This document shows, one piece after another, positions 40,081-51,400 of a stretch of DNA of 64,000 nt; within the stretch, counting starts at the first letter, position 1, and the number at the start of each line of letters is the position of its first letter. The notes beneath the pieces are model-generated. The model did no database searches. It was not told the DNA's origin and worked only from the letters and a program-made list of their open reading frames with translations. Made by a program: the position numbers and the translations under genes. Source of the DNA: a virus (Duplodnaviria > Caudoviricetes); the IMG/VR virus record IMGVR_UViG_3300011008_000008. One strand, 5' to 3'.

Positions 40081-43000
40081 CTATTCTCTTCATTTGCAGA
40101 TAAAGACGGAAATAATAAAGTTACTTTCTTAGGTAAAACTCTTTCCGATATTAAGGGCGGAAAACTATTTACTAATGATAAAAAAGCATTGTCAGAATAT
40201 ATTAAGGCGCTACAATCCGGGCAATCCCAACAGGAAGCATTTGATTCTACAATGTCTGGTGCGAGTGAAAAGGCACAGATATTTGCAAAGAGTATTGATA
40301 CAAGTAGTGAGTCATTACAAAAATATTCAACTGAAGTCCAGAATATATCTGCGGGATCAAAACTATTAAAAGTAGGGCTTGCTGCTTTAAATTCTATTGC
40401 AGTTTCACTGCTTGCGTCTTTTGCTCAATGGGCTATTTCAAAAGTTATAGATAATGTAGTTAATCGTGTTGAAAACGCTTATAACAAAGCCAAGAAAATA
40501 GCAGATGAAACAGCGACAACAGCTACGAAGTCAACTGAAGATAGTAAAACTCTCGACGAGCTAATAAATAAATATAAAGAGCTTAGAAGTAGTGAAAACT
40601 ATGGAGCGTCTGAAAGATCGCAAGTTGCTACAATACAGCAACAGATTGTTTCTTTAGTTGGTGAGGAAGCGGCTGGTCTTGATCTTGTTAATGGGAATCT
40701 TGAAACACAACTCGGTATTTTAAAGCAAATCTCCGCTGAAAAACTACAAAATGCAATTAGGGATCAAAAGATAGCTACGGATGCCGCAATTGAAGCCGCA
40801 AATGCAACTCCATCTTTGAATAAAACATTGATGGCGCATAACGCATATAAGGGCAATAGGAATGACGAAGCAGCGGCGGCGCTAACAAAGCATGGTATTT
40901 ATAACGTTGGTGGGCCATTTAGCTTTGTCAATGATTTTATTAACGGTTTTCGGATTGACGATGGTACTGACAATGGCGCAACGTTAATGACGCGCTTGAA
41001 CTTTTTAAAACGAGTTCGCTCAGCATTAGAAAGTGAAATCACAGATTTTCAAAGCAATGATGTCTGGGTTGGAGTATCTAAACAGATTAGTGCTTACGAT
41101 GCAGAATTGTCAAAAGTTACTACCGAAGTAAATAAGCAGATGCAATTGCTTACTATGGAAGCAATGCAAAGTAATGGCGATCTGGAAAGTATTGCAAAAG
41201 ATACTGCAGATGGATTTGAGCAATATGTAGATATAATAGTAAGTCAAGTATCAAAAAGTGGATGGTTTGATGATTACATAGACCAAGGATTTATTGATCT
41301 TGATTCAATTCGAGATTATGTAATTACTCAACTATCTTCTATAGAAGACTTCTCTGCTGGTAGAGATAAGTGGAATAAAGAAAATCGAAAAAATGACATT
41401 CTTGATTCAATATTCGGCGCTGGTAGTTTAGGCAGAGCTAAATCCCAGACTGTTGGTGAAATCTCTAAGTTTATAGATTCATTACCAGATGAAGATTTAG
41501 AGATAGCTTATACAGTTGCATTAGATAAACAATCTGAAATAGAAACTGTCGATCAATTTAAAGAGCTTATAGATAAAGCTAAAGAAGATGCTCTAAATGC
41601 CGATTCAATTTCGTTTAATGAGTTTGTTTCAAGCGATACAATCAAAAATGATCTTGAACCAATACTAAAAGAGTATCAAGAAATTGCTGCCGCCAGGAAG
41701 AAATTACAATCTGGTGAAGCCACCGAATCAGATTTGATTTATGAGCATCCTTCTTGGGCTAAATATGCTGGCAATCTTGAAGCTGGATTAATCGATCATG
41801 CTGAAGAATTAAAGAAAAAGGCTGAAACAGAAATTGGTAAAATAGTTATCACCCCTGAAATAGATGAAGATGGCACAGACAATATTGCTGCTTTTGAAAC
41901 ATGGAGAGATTCTTTCTTAAAACAGTTTGAGGAAGAAGGAGTAATAACACTTCCAATAGACATTGATGCTGAAACAACTGGCATGAACAATGTAATGAGT
42001 GCTATTAAATCCTCAGTTTCAGAAACAGGTCTTGCAGCAGACCAAGTTGAAAAGCTAAAAGAAAGATACAAAGGTCTAACTGATGCTGGTGACAGCCTGA
42101 ATAATCTTTTTGACAGAACTACAAGCGGTATCCACCTAAACACAGATGCACTTCGCGAACTTGAAGATGCCTACCAGAAACAATTAACAGATAAGGTTTC
42201 TGTCGATCTTGAAAAGCAACGTAGGCTTTATCAAGAACTGACAGAGAGCATAAATAATGCTGGCGATGCTGATACAAGTGGTCTTGAAGCTCAACGTGCC
42301 GCTGCCGCAAATGCAATACGTGAACTTGAAAGCCTGTCCGCCCAGCTTGCGGGTGTTACATCAAAGTACAACAAGTGGAAGCAAGCAAGAAGCGGTGGCG
42401 AAGAGGGCGATGCCTATGTTGACACCACATCACAGCTAAAGGATCTACAAGAGCAGCGCAAAAAAGGTCTTGTAGGAACAAATGAATTCCGTTCCGCCGT
42501 AGAGTTTATGGCTGGCGGTGTTGAAGATGTAGATTTGTCAACTGCATCAGTTGATCAGTTGGTAGCTGCTTATGATAAGGCATATCCTAAGATGCAGCGG
42601 TATTTCACCGAGAGCAATAAGGGCACTCAGAACTTCCTGAAAGATTTGGAAAAGGCGGGCAAAGCTTCCAAAGATGCCGAAGGCGTATGGTCGTTTGACT
42701 TTGGCGAGGATGGTATGCAAGGCGTCGTTGATGATCTTGGAATTAGTGCCGAGGCAATATATCAGATACTTGGTCGGTTAAAAGATTATGGCGCTGAAGT
42801 TCATCTTGAATCTTTATTTCCAGATATTGATTTACAAGCGGATAATATAGCGGACGCCATTACAGAAGTCGATGAAAAGATTCAACAGGTAAAACAGGAT
42901 ATTGCAGACGGTAAAGTTTCTGAAGAGGCTGGAAATGAACAGATAGAAAAGTATAATGAAGCAAAAGAAGCTTTACAGAATATGGACGTTGGTGCAGAAG

Positions 43001-46000
43001 TAAATACTCTTTCATTAGATGAAGCTTTGGCCAAAATCCAAGAACTTGAAGGAGCTATTACTACACTAACCTCAGCTGGTATTGAAATTCCTGTTAGTAT
43101 TGCTGGGCAATATGATGAGCTTCAGACATTTGTTCAAGAATATAGCGAGAAGAAAAATATTGACGTTGAAGTCAAGGTTAATGTTAGCGGAGATGCGCAA
43201 GAAAAGATTGAAGCTATCAGTAAATCCATCGACGATCTTGGCAAGAAAAAAACTACACTGGAGATTAATGCAACAGATAAGGTATCTACTGTTGTCGATG
43301 GAGCCAAGGAAAAGCTTGACAATACCGCTGAAGGCCTATACAATGCTACTGTTTCTGCTCAAACTGATAGTACGGTAGCGGCAGTTGCGAAAGCGCTCGA
43401 TGAAGCTGCCGAGGATAGAACAGCTACTATTACTACAAAATATGTCGAAGCGCCCGTAACTGGCGATGAACCAGATTATGTTGACAATACTCACATAAAT
43501 GAGGATGGCGTAACAGTCGGTTATAGTGGTGTTCTACCCTATAAAACCCGTGAGCCAGACAAAGGTAAAGACGCTGAAATAGTGCCTATTGAGCAAACGT
43601 GGCAAAATTCGCCCGCCCCGAAAAACCTTGATGTTGAAGTCGAGGCAAGCGAGGATTCCGGCGAAAAAATTGTTGAGCAAGTTCAGGACGATATAGACGA
43701 ACAGCCACCTATTGAAGAAAAGATTATAAACAATAGTGATGGAATGATCATGTTCCCTGGTGACGAGGGGTATGATATTGATGTTGATGTTAATGCATCA
43801 GATCCATCAAAACCTATTGAACAGGTTAAAGAAGCTGCCTCATCTAATCCGATTGAAATCGAGCTTACTAAAAACGACACTAATGATGCCGTTGAAGCTG
43901 CGAATAGTCTTATTGGCAAAGCTGATGAACTTGGTGTGGGTGACATGGAGGGTGGCCCAGAGTTAATCAGCAATCTAACGACTGCATATAACGAGCTTTA
44001 CCAGGCAGAAGTAAAAGCTGCGGAAGTAGCTAAGACTGGCGATAGTTCTGGTGCAACAGAAGCCGCAAGCGAATTACAGTCGGCAGCGCAATCGTATATG
44101 GATGCGTATAATTCCTTATCCGATGTATTATCGTCTGGAATAGAGCCATTAGAAGTTGATGCAGACACAGAGACGGTGTTAAGCAAAATCCAGGCTTTGG
44201 CAGATATAGACCCAACATTAGTTGTTGGTGTAAATGATGTAGCAGTCAAAGCATACCAATCTGAGAATATTGATAAGGATGCTAAGGTTAATTACGCTCT
44301 TGGTAAAACTCCTGACTATAATCCGCAAGATATAGACAGAAATCTTACTTATCACATTAAAACGGTTGGTTCGGTTTCTGGAGGTGCTGGTGCAACTGGT
44401 ACAGCTCACGCTCGTGGCACAGCGTTTAAGTCAGGAAGATGGGGAGTCCGTGGTGAAGGTGACGCATTAGGTGGTGAGACCGGCGAGGAGCTGGTGGTAA
44501 GAGATGGTAGGTTCTTTACTATAGGCACTAATGGCGCAGAATTCTTTCACTATAAAGATGGCGATATTATTTTTAATGCCTCACAGACTAAAGAACTCCT
44601 CGAAAGAGGAAAGATCATTTCTGGCAAGTCTCGTGGAAGGGTATTTGGAAGTGGCTCCGCTTATGCTGAAGGTTTGGCATTTGATGAACCTTCAATATAT
44701 GGTTCAACTAAAGATTATTCCGATAACTCTGGCAGTAGTAGCGGTAAGAAAACCTCCAAGAAGTCAAGTAGTAAAAAGTCCAGTAAATCCAGTAGCAAGA
44801 AAAAGAGTAGCAAGAGCAGCAAAGACTCCAACGACATGATGGATTGGATCGAGGTTGCCATTGACCGTGTTGAACTTGCAATCAAGAAACTTGCAAGAGT
44901 AGCCGACAGCACGTTCAAAGGACTTGCAACCCGACTATCTGCTACCAACGATGAAATAGGCGAAATCTCGAAAAAGATTTCCATTGAGCAACAGGGCTAT
45001 GATCGCTATATGCAGCAAGCGAACAGCGTTAAGCTGACCGATGCTACAAAGCAAAAGATCATGGACGGAACCATTGATATTACTCAATACTCCGATAGTC
45101 AAAAGAAGCGTATTGACGAATTCAAGAAATGGTACGACAAAGCCCAGGATTGTGCCGATGCTGTTGAAGAATTAAATGAAAATCTTGCAACGCTTTATAA
45201 CAACAAATTCGGTGCGATTTCAAAGGATGCTGACAATCAGATTAAGCTGCTGGAGCATCTGACCAACTCATTCAACGATGGCTTAGACTTGATAGAGGAG
45301 CGCGGCTATAAAGGCGGTGCTACCCTGTATGCGTCAATGCAGAATGTTGAGCGTCAGAATATCGCAGTATTCCAGAAAGAGCTTGCCGATCTAACACAAG
45401 TCATGAACGAAGCCGTCAATTCCGGCAAGATTCAGGAAGGTTCCGAAGCATGGTATGACATGCAGCAACAGATCAATTCTGTCAAAGAATCAATCCAAGA
45501 ATCCGAAACAGCCATTGTCAAATACGGCAATGCCATTCGCCAGGTCAAATGGGATTTATTTGATTACACGCAGGATAGAATTGCTACACTTACATCCGAA
45601 GCGCAATTCATGTTTGACCTAATGGAAAGATCTAAGCTGTATGACGATAACGGCAACTTCACCAGCACAGGTAAAGTGCAGGTAGGTATGACCGCGCAGA
45701 ACTATAACGTCTATATGGCACAGGCCGACATGTATGGCGATGAGGTCAAAAACATCACTGCCGAGCTTGCCAACGATCCTAATAACACCAAGCTCATTGA
45801 CCGGCGTGAAGAATTGTTGAAGCTCCAGCAAGAATCAATTTCATCCGCCGAGGATGAAAAACGCGCAATGGCTGATTTGGTTGAGGAAGGTATCAACGCG
45901 CAACTTGACGCCCTGAAGGATTTGATTGATGCCTATGAGGAGTCCCTTAGTAACGCGAAAGATTTATACGACTATCAGAAGAAGGTTAAGAATCAGACAA

Positions 46001-47178
46001 AGGAAATTGCTTCGATACAGAAACAATTATCTGCCTATCAAGGTGATACGTCCGAAGAAAACCAGGCGCGTTTACAGAAGTTGAAAGTTGATCTTTCTGA
46101 TGCAGTCGAAGATTTGCAGGACACCCAATACGACCAATATATTAAGGATCAGAAGAAACTATTGGACGGTCTGTATAGCGATTATGAGGAATTGCTGAAC
46201 AATCGTTTGGATGATATCGACGCGCTAATGCTTGAAATGATTGATTACGCAAACGCGAACGCAGTTGAGATTGGTCAAACCATTTACGATGAAGCCGCCC
46301 AAGTTGGATATACCATTACAGACAATATGAACGAAATCTGGAATAGCTACAATACAGATAATGTATTAGAGAAATATGGTGAATCTATTCTTGGACAGTT
46401 TGGGTCTGTGACCAACGTTATCAACGGAATAGTCAATCAGGTTGCTGCAATAAACAACGCTGCGAATGCAATTGCCGCGCAGGTTCAAGCGAAGGTAGCC
46501 GCGAGTGCTGCAGCTTCAACTGGTGGTAGCGCCGCCGCGATAGTATCATCACCTTCGGTAGCTGCCGCTGCATCAGGTGGACAAAAGGTTACAGTCGCAA
46601 ACGGACAATGGTGGCTGTACAAGAATGGCCCAAAGAGTGGACAGACATCTGATATTGTTCATACCGGTGAGAAGTATGAATATCTTGGTGAGGATAAAGC
46701 CTCTAACGGCGAGAAGTATACCAAGATCAGCTACAAGGGTAAAGTGCGCTGGTTCAATTCTAAAGGTAAGGGCAAGCTGGGCTATTCCCAGGGTGGCTTT
46801 ATCGCAGATCTCCAGAAGATTGCTTATCAGAACGGCGATGATATGTTGACCTTCAATACGCTAAAGCGTGGCGAAGCAGTATTGACGCCGGAGCAATCTA
46901 TACAGTTCAAGAATCTGACAGATCATTTGCCACAGTTGCAAGGCATTATAGATATGTCTGGCCATATGCAACAAATCAGATCGGGTAGCAATGCCTCCAG
47001 CGGAGAAATCAGAATCGATGTCGGAGGAATTACTACCACGGTTGAGAATGTGCAGGACTACAATGACTTCCTGCGGCAAATGAGAGACGATAAGAATTTC
47101 GAGCGCATGATCGATGCGATGACACTTGATCGCTTGGTTGGTAAATCCAGTTTGGCGAAAAAGAAGTATTTCAGTTAG
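40081..47178 (+). CDS. tape measure protein, exon 2 (2365 aa; spliced total 3092 aa)
   Basis: long helical/coiled-coil ORF, GETGEELVV motif, SH3b-like segment near C-terminus; no RBS of its own. Confidence 0.88.
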   Translation, partial: LFSSFADKDGNNKVTFLGKTLSDIKGGKLFTNDKKALSEYIKALQSGQSQQEAFDSTMSGASEKAQIFAKSIDTSSESLQKYSTEVQNISAGSKLLKVGLAALNSIAVSLLASFAQWAISKVIDNVVNRVENAYNKAKKIADETATTATKSTEDSKTLDELINKYKELRSSENYGASERSQVATIQQQIVSLVGEEAAGLDLVNGNLETQLGILKQISAEKLQNAIRDQKIATDAAIEAANATPSLNKTLMAHNAYKGNRNDEAAAALTKHGIYNVGGPFSFVNDFINGFRIDDGTDNGATLMTRLNFLKRVRSALESEITDFQSNDVWVGVSKQISAYDAELSKVTTEVNKQMQLLTMEAMQSNGDLESIAKDTADGFEQYVDIIVSQVSKSGWFDDYIDQGFIDLDSIRDYVITQLSSIEDFSAGRDKWNKENRKNDILDSIFGAGSLGRAKSQTVGEISKFIDSLPDEDLEIAYTVALDKQSEIETVDQFKELIDKAKEDALNADSISFNEFVSSDTIKNDLEPILKEYQEIAAARKKLQSGEATESDLIYEHPSWAKYAGNLEAGLIDHAEELKKKAETEIGKIVITPEIDEDGTDNIAAFETWRDSFLKQFEEEGVITLPIDIDAETTGMNNVMSAIKSSVSETGLAADQVEKLKERYKGLTDAGDSLNNLFDRTTSGIHLNTDALRELEDAYQKQLTDKVSVDLEKQRRLYQELTESINNAGDADTSGLEAQRAAAANAIRELESLSAQLAGVTSKYNKWKQARSGGEEGDAYVDTTSQLKDLQEQRKKGLVGTNEFRSAVEFMAGGVEDVDLSTASVDQLVAAYDKAYPKMQRYFTESNKGTQNFLKDLEKAGKASKDAEGVWSFDFGEDGMQGVVDDLGISAEAIYQILGRLKDYGAEVHLESLFPDIDLQADNIADAITEVDEKIQQVKQDIADGKVSEEAGNEQIEKYNEAKEALQNMDVGAEVNTLSLDEALAKIQELEGAITTLTSAGIEIPVSIAGQYDELQTFVQEYSEKKNIDVEVKVNVSGDAQEKIEAISKSIDDLGKKKTTLEINATDKVSTVVDGAKEKLDNTAEGLYNATVSAQTDSTVAAVAKALDEAAEDRTATITTKYVEAPVTGDEPDYVDNTHINEDGVTVGYSGVLPYKTREPDKGKDAEIVPIEQTWQNSPAPKNLDVEVEASEDSGEKIVEQVQDDIDEQPPIEEKIINNSDGMIMFPGDEGYDIDVDVNASDPSKPIEQVKEAASSNPIEIELTKNDTNDAVEAANSLIGKADELGVGDMEGGPELISNLTTAYNELYQAEVKAAEVAKTGDSSGATEAASELQSAAQSYMDAYNSLSDVLSSGIEPLEVDADTETVLSKIQALADIDPTLVVGVNDVAVKAYQSENIDKDAKVNYALGKTPDYNPQDIDRNLTYHIKTVGSVSGGAGATGTAHARGTAFKSGRWGVRGEGDALGGETGEELVVRDGRFFTIGTNGAEFFHYKDGDIIFNASQTKELLERGKIISGKSRGRVFGSGSAYAEGLAFDEPSIYGSTKDYSDNSGSSSGKKTSKKSSSKKSSKSSSKKKSSKSSKDSNDMMDWIEVAIDRVELAIKKLARVADSTFKGLATRLSATNDEIGEISKKISIEQQGYDRYMQQANSVKLTDATKQKIMDGTIDITQYSDSQKKRIDEFKKWYDKAQDCADAVEELNENLATLYNNKFGAISKDADNQIKLLEHLTNSFNDGLDLIEERGYKGGATLYASMQNVERQNIAVFQKELADLTQVMNEAVNSGKIQEGSEAWYDMQQQINSVKESIQESETAIVKYGNAIRQVKWDLFDYTQDRIATLTSEAQFMFDLMERSKLYDDNGNFTSTGKVQVGMTAQNYNVYMAQADMYGDEVKNITAELANDPNNTKLIDRREELLKLQQESISSAEDEKRAMADLVEEGINAQLDALKDLIDAYEESLSNAKDLYDYQKKVKNQTKEIASIQKQLSAYQGDTSEENQARLQKLKVDLSDAVEDLQDTQYDQYIKDQKKLLDGLYSDYEELLNNRLDDIDALMLEMIDYANANAVEIGQTIYDEAAQVGYTITDNMNEIWNSYNTDNVLEKYGESILGQFGSVTNVINGIVNQVAAINNAANAIAAQVQAKVAASAAASTGGSAAAIVSSPSVAAAASGGQKVTVANGQWWLYKNGPKSGQTSDIVHTGEKYEYLGEDKASNGEKYTKISYKGKVRWFNSKGKGKLGYSQGGFIADLQKIAYQNGDDMLTFNTLKRGEAVLTPEQSIQFKNLTDHLPQLQGIIDMSGHMQQIRSGSNASSGEIRIDVGGITTTVENVQDYNDFLRQMRDDKNFERMIDAMTLDRLVGKSSLAKKKYFS

Positions 47179-47205
47179 TGTGGAGGGAGATAATCTCTCC
47201 ACACT
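47177..47205 (+). terminator. stem-loop after TMP
   Basis: AGTGTGGAG/CTCCACACT. Confidence 0.55.
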
Positions 47206-47220
47206 TTAGGATGTGAAAAG

Positions 47221-47511
47221 ATGTTTAATACGAAACCAGAACGACGCCTTGAATTATTACAAAGGCGATATGATAAGCTTGCTTCAAAACATGAAGTATT
47301 GAAAAAAGAGAAAAAGGAATTAGAGAATGAGCTTGCTATTTATAAAGAAAAACTTGAAAGCTCTGAAAATACCTATGAGGAATTAAAGGCGGCAATTCAA
47401 GAAGCCAGACAGATTCAGGCAGAATATAAGAAAGCCTATGATGATCTTGTTGCAACAAAAAATAAATATACCTCAGAGGTAAAGGCATTGATTAAAGAAA
47501 TTAAGCATTGA
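47221..47511 (+). CDS. coiled-coil hypothetical protein
   Basis: heptad-rich ORF with AGGA RBS. Confidence 0.7.
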   Translation: MFNTKPERRLELLQRRYDKLASKHEVLKKEKKELENELAIYKEKLESSENTYEELKAAIQEARQIQAEYKKAYDDLVATKNKYTSEVKALIKEIKH

Positions 47512-47575
47512 ATTGTTCGCATAATATGATTCAATGATGCAAATACAATTATATTATGAAAAGGAACGATGATAA

Positions 47576-48385
47576 ATGTATGCATTAGATTTTGAATATG
47601 ATGGCCAGTTGTTAAGCAACTTCGGATTTATGATATGTGAGTTTGACGGATCATATGGTGTTGATATGCTGGAAACAGGATTTAATATCACATTCGACAA
47701 AGCATCTCGCAACAACGGCAAAAAGAATAGCTTGATAAGTTCGCATTACGATGAATGTTATACTACGTCATTTCACATTTGCAAAGACCCAAACAAGTAT
47801 GATGATTTAAAAATATCGAGTGACGAATATAGAGAATTGGTTCGTTGGTTAGGGCGTAGTGAGTTTTTGAAATTCAGGATTATCAATGAAGATGATATTG
47901 GCTGTGCGCCATGTTATTATAACGCCAGTTTCAATTTTCAAAAGATAACCATCAACGACATTCTATATGGGCTTGCATTAACAATGCAGACAGACGCTCC
48001 ATTTGGTTATGGCGATCCTTACGAGAATACTTGGGAGGTCGAAGCCGGAGCAACGATTAAGTTTGACGATCAATCAGATGAAATAGGATTGATTAATCCA
48101 GAAATCACAGTAGTTTGTAAAGCAACTGGCGACCTGGTAATTACCAACACAAGTTTTGCAAGTTCTATGATAATCAATAATTGCAGCGTTGGAGAAGTAA
48201 TTAGCATAAGCGGTGATGCGCAAATAATCACAACCAGCTTTCCATCTCATAAGATATTCAATGATTTCAACTATGAATTTCTCGCCATTGGCAATAATTA
48301 TGATAACAGAACTAACGTTATTAGTTTTTCACAACCATGTACTTTTACTATAAAATACAATCCTATTATTACAGGAATAATATAG
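47576..48385 (+). CDS. distal tail protein (Dit)
   Basis: DFEYDG..LSNFG, TDAPFGY motifs; follows TMP. Confidence 0.75.
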   Translation: MYALDFEYDGQLLSNFGFMICEFDGSYGVDMLETGFNITFDKASRNNGKKNSLISSHYDECYTTSFHICKDPNKYDDLKISSDEYRELVRWLGRSEFLKFRIINEDDIGCAPCYYNASFNFQKITINDILYGLALTMQTDAPFGYGDPYENTWEVEAGATIKFDDQSDEIGLINPEITVVCKATGDLVITNTSFASSMIINNCSVGEVISISGDAQIITTSFPSHKIFNDFNYEFLAIGNNYDNRTNVISFSQPCTFTIKYNPIITGII

Positions 48386-48410
48386 ATTCTAAGAAGAAGG
48401 TGAATTATGT

Positions 48411-51400
48411 TTGGCCGTAAAAATTAAATTTGACAATAATCGCATCCCGCTACAACCAACATTTGTATTGGCAAATAAAAACGGGAATAAGCTTGGCTGT
48501 ATCCCTGCAAAGAACATAAGTTTTGCGGACAAGTTTAATAGCGCCTCCGAGTTGCAGTTTAAAGTATACAAAGAGGAAAGCGGCGTTGTTTGTCCTCTTT
48601 GGGATGAGATTATTGACTTTAAATTGGTTTGGTGTCCTGAATGGGATGAATGGTTTGAAATTCATGTTGAAGTAAATGAAAGCAACAGTATAGTTAAAAA
48701 TGTTTCTGCCATGTCGGTTGGAGAATCAGAGCTATCCCAAATCAACCTTTATAATATTGAGATTAACACAGAAACAGACATTTCGAGAGATGATTATGTC
48801 GTAACTGTTCTTTATGATGATGAAAACCCCAAAGCTTCATTATTGAACAGGATCACAGAGAAAGCACCACATTATGGAATAGGGCATATAGATAGTACCA
48901 TCGCCGATATACAGCGCACGTTTACCTTTGATGAAGTAAGCATTCTGGACGCGCTTTATCAAATCGGTGAGGAAATTGGCTGCATCTTTATTATTGATTC
49001 TGGCACGTCTGCCGATGGCAAGATTGCCCGAACAATAAATGTATACGACCTGCAATCCTATTGCTATGACTGCGGATACAGGAATGTGTTTACCGGCGCT
49101 TGTCCGAAGTGTGGGAGTGATAACGTTTCCTATGGATACGGGCAGGATACAAACGTATATATTTCAAGGGAAAATCTGACGGATGAAATCACATATACAT
49201 CCGATACAGATTCAGTCAAGAATTGCTTCCGCCTGGTTGGTGGTGACGATCTTATGACCGCCACGATTGCGAATTGTAATCCCAATGGCGGAGGTTATTT
49301 GTGGTATTTTTCAGATGAAATGAAAGAGGATATGTCCGATGAGCTTCGAGCAAAGATAGAGGAATATGACAAAGAATACCAGGAATATGTCAATAACCGC
49401 GAGTATGTTTTTCCCGCCGAGTTGGTTACAAAATATAACGAGCTGGCGAGCAATGAATTGTATAAAACAGTTAAGCCCACTCTAAAGACGATATCCAATC
49501 CTATCGTTGGCTATTCTGGCTTGATGCAAATCTATTATGACACCATTGATTTTGAAATGCTGTTGAGATATGATTTGATGCCGTCCATAGAACTATCTGG
49601 AACGACTGCCCAACAGGAGCTTGCGAAGCTGACGAGCGAAGCCCTCTCCCCCGTCGCCGTTGCGAATCTGTTAACGTGCTCATCTTCGACGGCAACAAGC
49701 GCTGTATTAAATGTTGCGAAGCAAATTGTCAGATCAGATTACCAAGTAAAGGTTGAATCAAGTTCGTTTAGCGGCGAAATATGGAACGGAAAGTTTATAG
49801 TTACAAACTATTCCGATGATGAAGATACCGCTACTAATGATGAAAATATCACAGTTACTATTTCTGGCGATCAGCGCGAATATCTTGAACAGCGAATGGA
49901 AAAGGTGTTAGCGGGTAAAAGAGAGGATATAAATGATATTGTCAGTATCTTTAAACTGAACTCTGATGATTTTAGAAATGAAGAAGTCAAGAAATATAGT
50001 CTTTCTTGTTTGGAATCTATGAGAGATAGTTGTCAATCCTGTTTAGATATACTTATTGAGAATGGCATCGCTGACAGTCAATCGCAAGATGATCCATCAA
50101 TATCCCGATTATATAATTCATTATATTTGCCATACTTTGAAAAGCTGAATATTTTAATTGAAGAAGTTGCTATACGCGAAAGTGAGCTGGCGACAATTGT
50201 TGGAGAGTATGACGAGAATGGCGGTATATTAACCGAGGGTATGCAAACCGCTATTCAGGATATCAATTCAGAAGTACAATCTTATCTTGATTTTGAAAAA
50301 TATCTCGGTCATGATTTTGTTTCTGAACTTGCCGCATATCGCAGAGAAGATAAATACCAAAACGATAACTTCATTTCAGACGGCCTTGACAACCAGGAAA
50401 TATTTTCAAGAGCGCTTGAGTTTATCGAACTTGCAAAGACGGAGATATATAAGTCGGCAACATTGCAGCATTCCATATCATCCACGCTAAAGAATCTTCT
50501 TGTTATGAAGGAGTTTACACCCATCGTAGATACCTTTGAGGTTGGAAACTGGTTGACTATTCGCGTTGGCGATAAGTCATATAGGCTTAGACTTACATCT
50601 TATGAAATAGATTTTGAGGATTTGACAACGCTTAATGTCGAGTTTTCGGATGTAGTGGAAACAGTATTTGGCGCAAGCGATGTAGAAAGCATTTTAAAAA
50701 GAGCTTCATCTATGTCCTCTGCATTTGGTTATGTGAAGCGTCAAGCGCATCGTGGCGAACAGTCACATGAACAGCTTTCCGATTATATGGAAAAGGGATT
50801 GGCACTAACTCAAATGAAGATCGTGAGCAATCCAGAAAATCAAAATGTCACTATGGATCACCACGGTTTGTTATGCAGAGAAAAATCAGAATACGAGGAT
50901 GAATACGACGAACGCCAATTAAAGATTATCAATAAGGGATTGTATTTGACAGATGATGGATGGAGAACCGCTAAATCCGGTATAGGTCAATTCATTTATT
51001 ACGACCCTAACGATGAAGAAAATCATTATAAGGTCAAATATGGCGTGATTGCAGATGTGCTGATTGCCCCACTAATTTTGTCGGAAGATGTTGGAGTTTA
51101 TAATCTCAACAATACTATAAGACTAAATAATAACGGTTTGACGATTATATCCAAGAATGACGATGATACTTCAAAGCAGACTGTTTTTAAATTACAAAAA
51201 GCAAAAACGGTTGATGGCGAAGAAGTCATTACAGATGTTATATTCTTTGATGATAATGGTAACGCCCATTTTGAAGGATTACTGGATGCATCGAATATAC
51301 AAAGCGGAGATTTGCTGGCGGATAGAATTAAAGGTGGTATATTATCGCTTGGTGGAGTAGATAATGATAATGGCATTATTTATATGTTTGATTCTGCTAA

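Noticed and set aside
44730-44826. Ser/Lys repeat tract in TMP
   Set aside because: Low-complexity linker, not a separate element.
40078-47178. Independent gene starting at TTG 40078
   Set aside because: No RBS; the TTG ends on the intron terminal G and the frame continues exon 1 after splicing.
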